38,085 nucleotides of DNA from a virus. The stretch lies in IMG/VR virus record IMGVR_UViG_3300045988_014547; one strand, 5' to 3'. Position numbers and translations under genes: made by a program. The notes under the pieces were generated by a model. It was not told the origin of the DNA and made no database searches. It saw nothing but the letters and a program-made list of their open reading frames with translations. Every line of letters starts with the position of its first letter. Position 1 is the stretch's first letter. Shown here piece by piece: positions 37,610 to 38,085 of the stretch.

Positions 37610-38085
37610 TGTCGATTACCTCCACAATTTTCCCAGACTCCAGCTTGTACCATGTGTTTTCTTTAATTGTTTCACCGTCCACTTTCACGGCGACAAAATC
37701 GAGCGTGTTGCCGTAATCATCCGTATCTACCAGCAGAAGGATCGCGCCGACCTTCCCGCTGACAGTCCCGCCGTTGCCGATCACAGCGGCGGTTCCGTTG
37801 CGTCCAACGGACGCTTTGCCTTCTTTCCGCGCTATGGCTGCGCCACGGTGCCCAGCGTTGGCTGCGCCATAGTCCCCGGCGTTGGCTGCGCCAAAGTTCC
37901 CGGCGTTGGCTGCGCCATAGTCCCCGGCGTTGGCTGCGCCAAAGTTCCCAGCGTTGGCTGCGCCATAGTCCCCGGCGTTGGCTGCGCCAAAGTTCCCGGC
38001 GTTGGCTGCGCCATAGTCCCCGGCGTTGGCTGCGCCAAAGTTCCCAGCGTTGGCTGCGCCATAGTCCCCGGCGTTGGCTGCGCCA
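37602..38085 (-). CDS. Octapeptide-repeat early protein, C-terminal part (continuation of 1-855)
   Basis: In the AANAG.YG frame the repeats run on without a stop: ...ANAGHRGAAIARKEGKASVGRNGTAAVIGNGGTVSGKVGAILLLVDTDDYGNTLDFVAVKVDGETIKENTWYKLESGKIVEVIDNA*. The 60-aa track ORF 37602-37784 is only its tail. The reading frame is preserved across a 55- or 151-nt end overlap. Confidence 0.7.
   Translation of the reverse strand, partial: GAANAGDYGAANAGNFGAANAGDYGAANAGNFGAANAGDYGAANAGNFGAANAGDYGAANAGNFGAANAGDYGAANAGHRGAAIARKEGKASVGRNGTAAVIGNGGTVSGKVGAILLLVDTDDYGNTLDFVAVKVDGETIKENTWYKLESGKIVEVIDNA
37839..38085. repeat. Tandem 24-bp array (10 units plus 7 nt), same family as 1-504
   Basis: One degenerate unit (tgcgccacggtgcccagcgttggc), then B C B A B C B A B and tgcgcca. 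Positions 38031-38085 equal 1-55. Confidence 0.95.

Noticed and set aside
37832-38062. Track ORF translating the repeats as MAQPTLGTLAQPTPGT...
   Set aside because: This is the wrong frame of the repeat. The AANAG.YG frame joins seamlessly to unique N-terminal (855-505) and C-terminal (37838-37602) domains and to the recT stop/start overlap. The AQPT frame terminates at the repeat edge.
1-38085. Genome-wide stop-codon reassignment (TGA to Trp), suggested by the in-frame TGA in the Mom-like gene.
   Set aside because: TGA terminates many well-defined genes at the expected length, for example recT at 852-854 and the exonuclease at 1667-1669. The largest genes (1010, 765 and 558 aa) are intact under the standard code. 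Only one gene shows an internal TGA.

Overview
The window is an essentially complete ~38-kb temperate siphovirus-type phage genome. The host looks like a fairly GC-rich Firmicutes/Clostridia bacterium, judged from strong GGAGG-type RBSs and the gene families present. The window closes on itself: its last 55 nt (or 151 nt) repeat its first 55 nt (or 151 nt), inside a 24-bp tandem array that belongs to one gene. Almost all genes are on the minus strand. Reading that strand from 4031 downward and wrapping through the window edge, the modules are:
- Cro-like gene and small early genes.
- Recombination genes: YqaJ exonuclease and RecT.
- An octapeptide-repeat gene that spans the window junction.
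- HNH endonuclease, SSB, Holliday-junction resolvase-like, MazG-like and DUF3310-like genes.
- An iteron-like non-coding block.
- A putative DNA-modification cluster: radical SAM, DPPH methyltransferase, ParB-like protein and a Mom-like GNAT gene interrupted by an in-frame TGA.
- A degenerate tRNA-Gly-like element.
- Packaging and head genes: TerS, TerL, portal, a MuF head-morphogenesis protein fused to an anthrax-lethal-factor-like HEFGH zincin domain, scaffold and capsid.
- Head-tail joining genes, major tail protein, chaperone, tape measure, Dit and a Tal/fibre protein.
- Holin and amidase.
- Two accessory cassettes: a plus-strand moron at 10.7-11.5 kb and a six-gene block of unknown function at 8.2-10.6 kb.

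The plus-strand lysogeny arm (4.6-7.9 kb) carries an XRE repressor, several small accessory genes and a tyrosine integrase. It is followed by attP, which contains the 3' half of a tRNA flanked by arm-type repeats.

The regions most worth follow-up:
- MuF-LF-like toxin fusion and its candidate immunity genes.
- The six-gene Cys-rich cassette next to attP.
- The radical-SAM/MTase/ParB/Mom cluster with the TGA-interrupted Mom gene and the aberrant tRNA.
- A 610-bp non-coding switch region containing a promoter-to-terminator antisense RNA unit.
- The repeat gene.

All family assignments come from motif recognition by eye and from memory. No searches were run.
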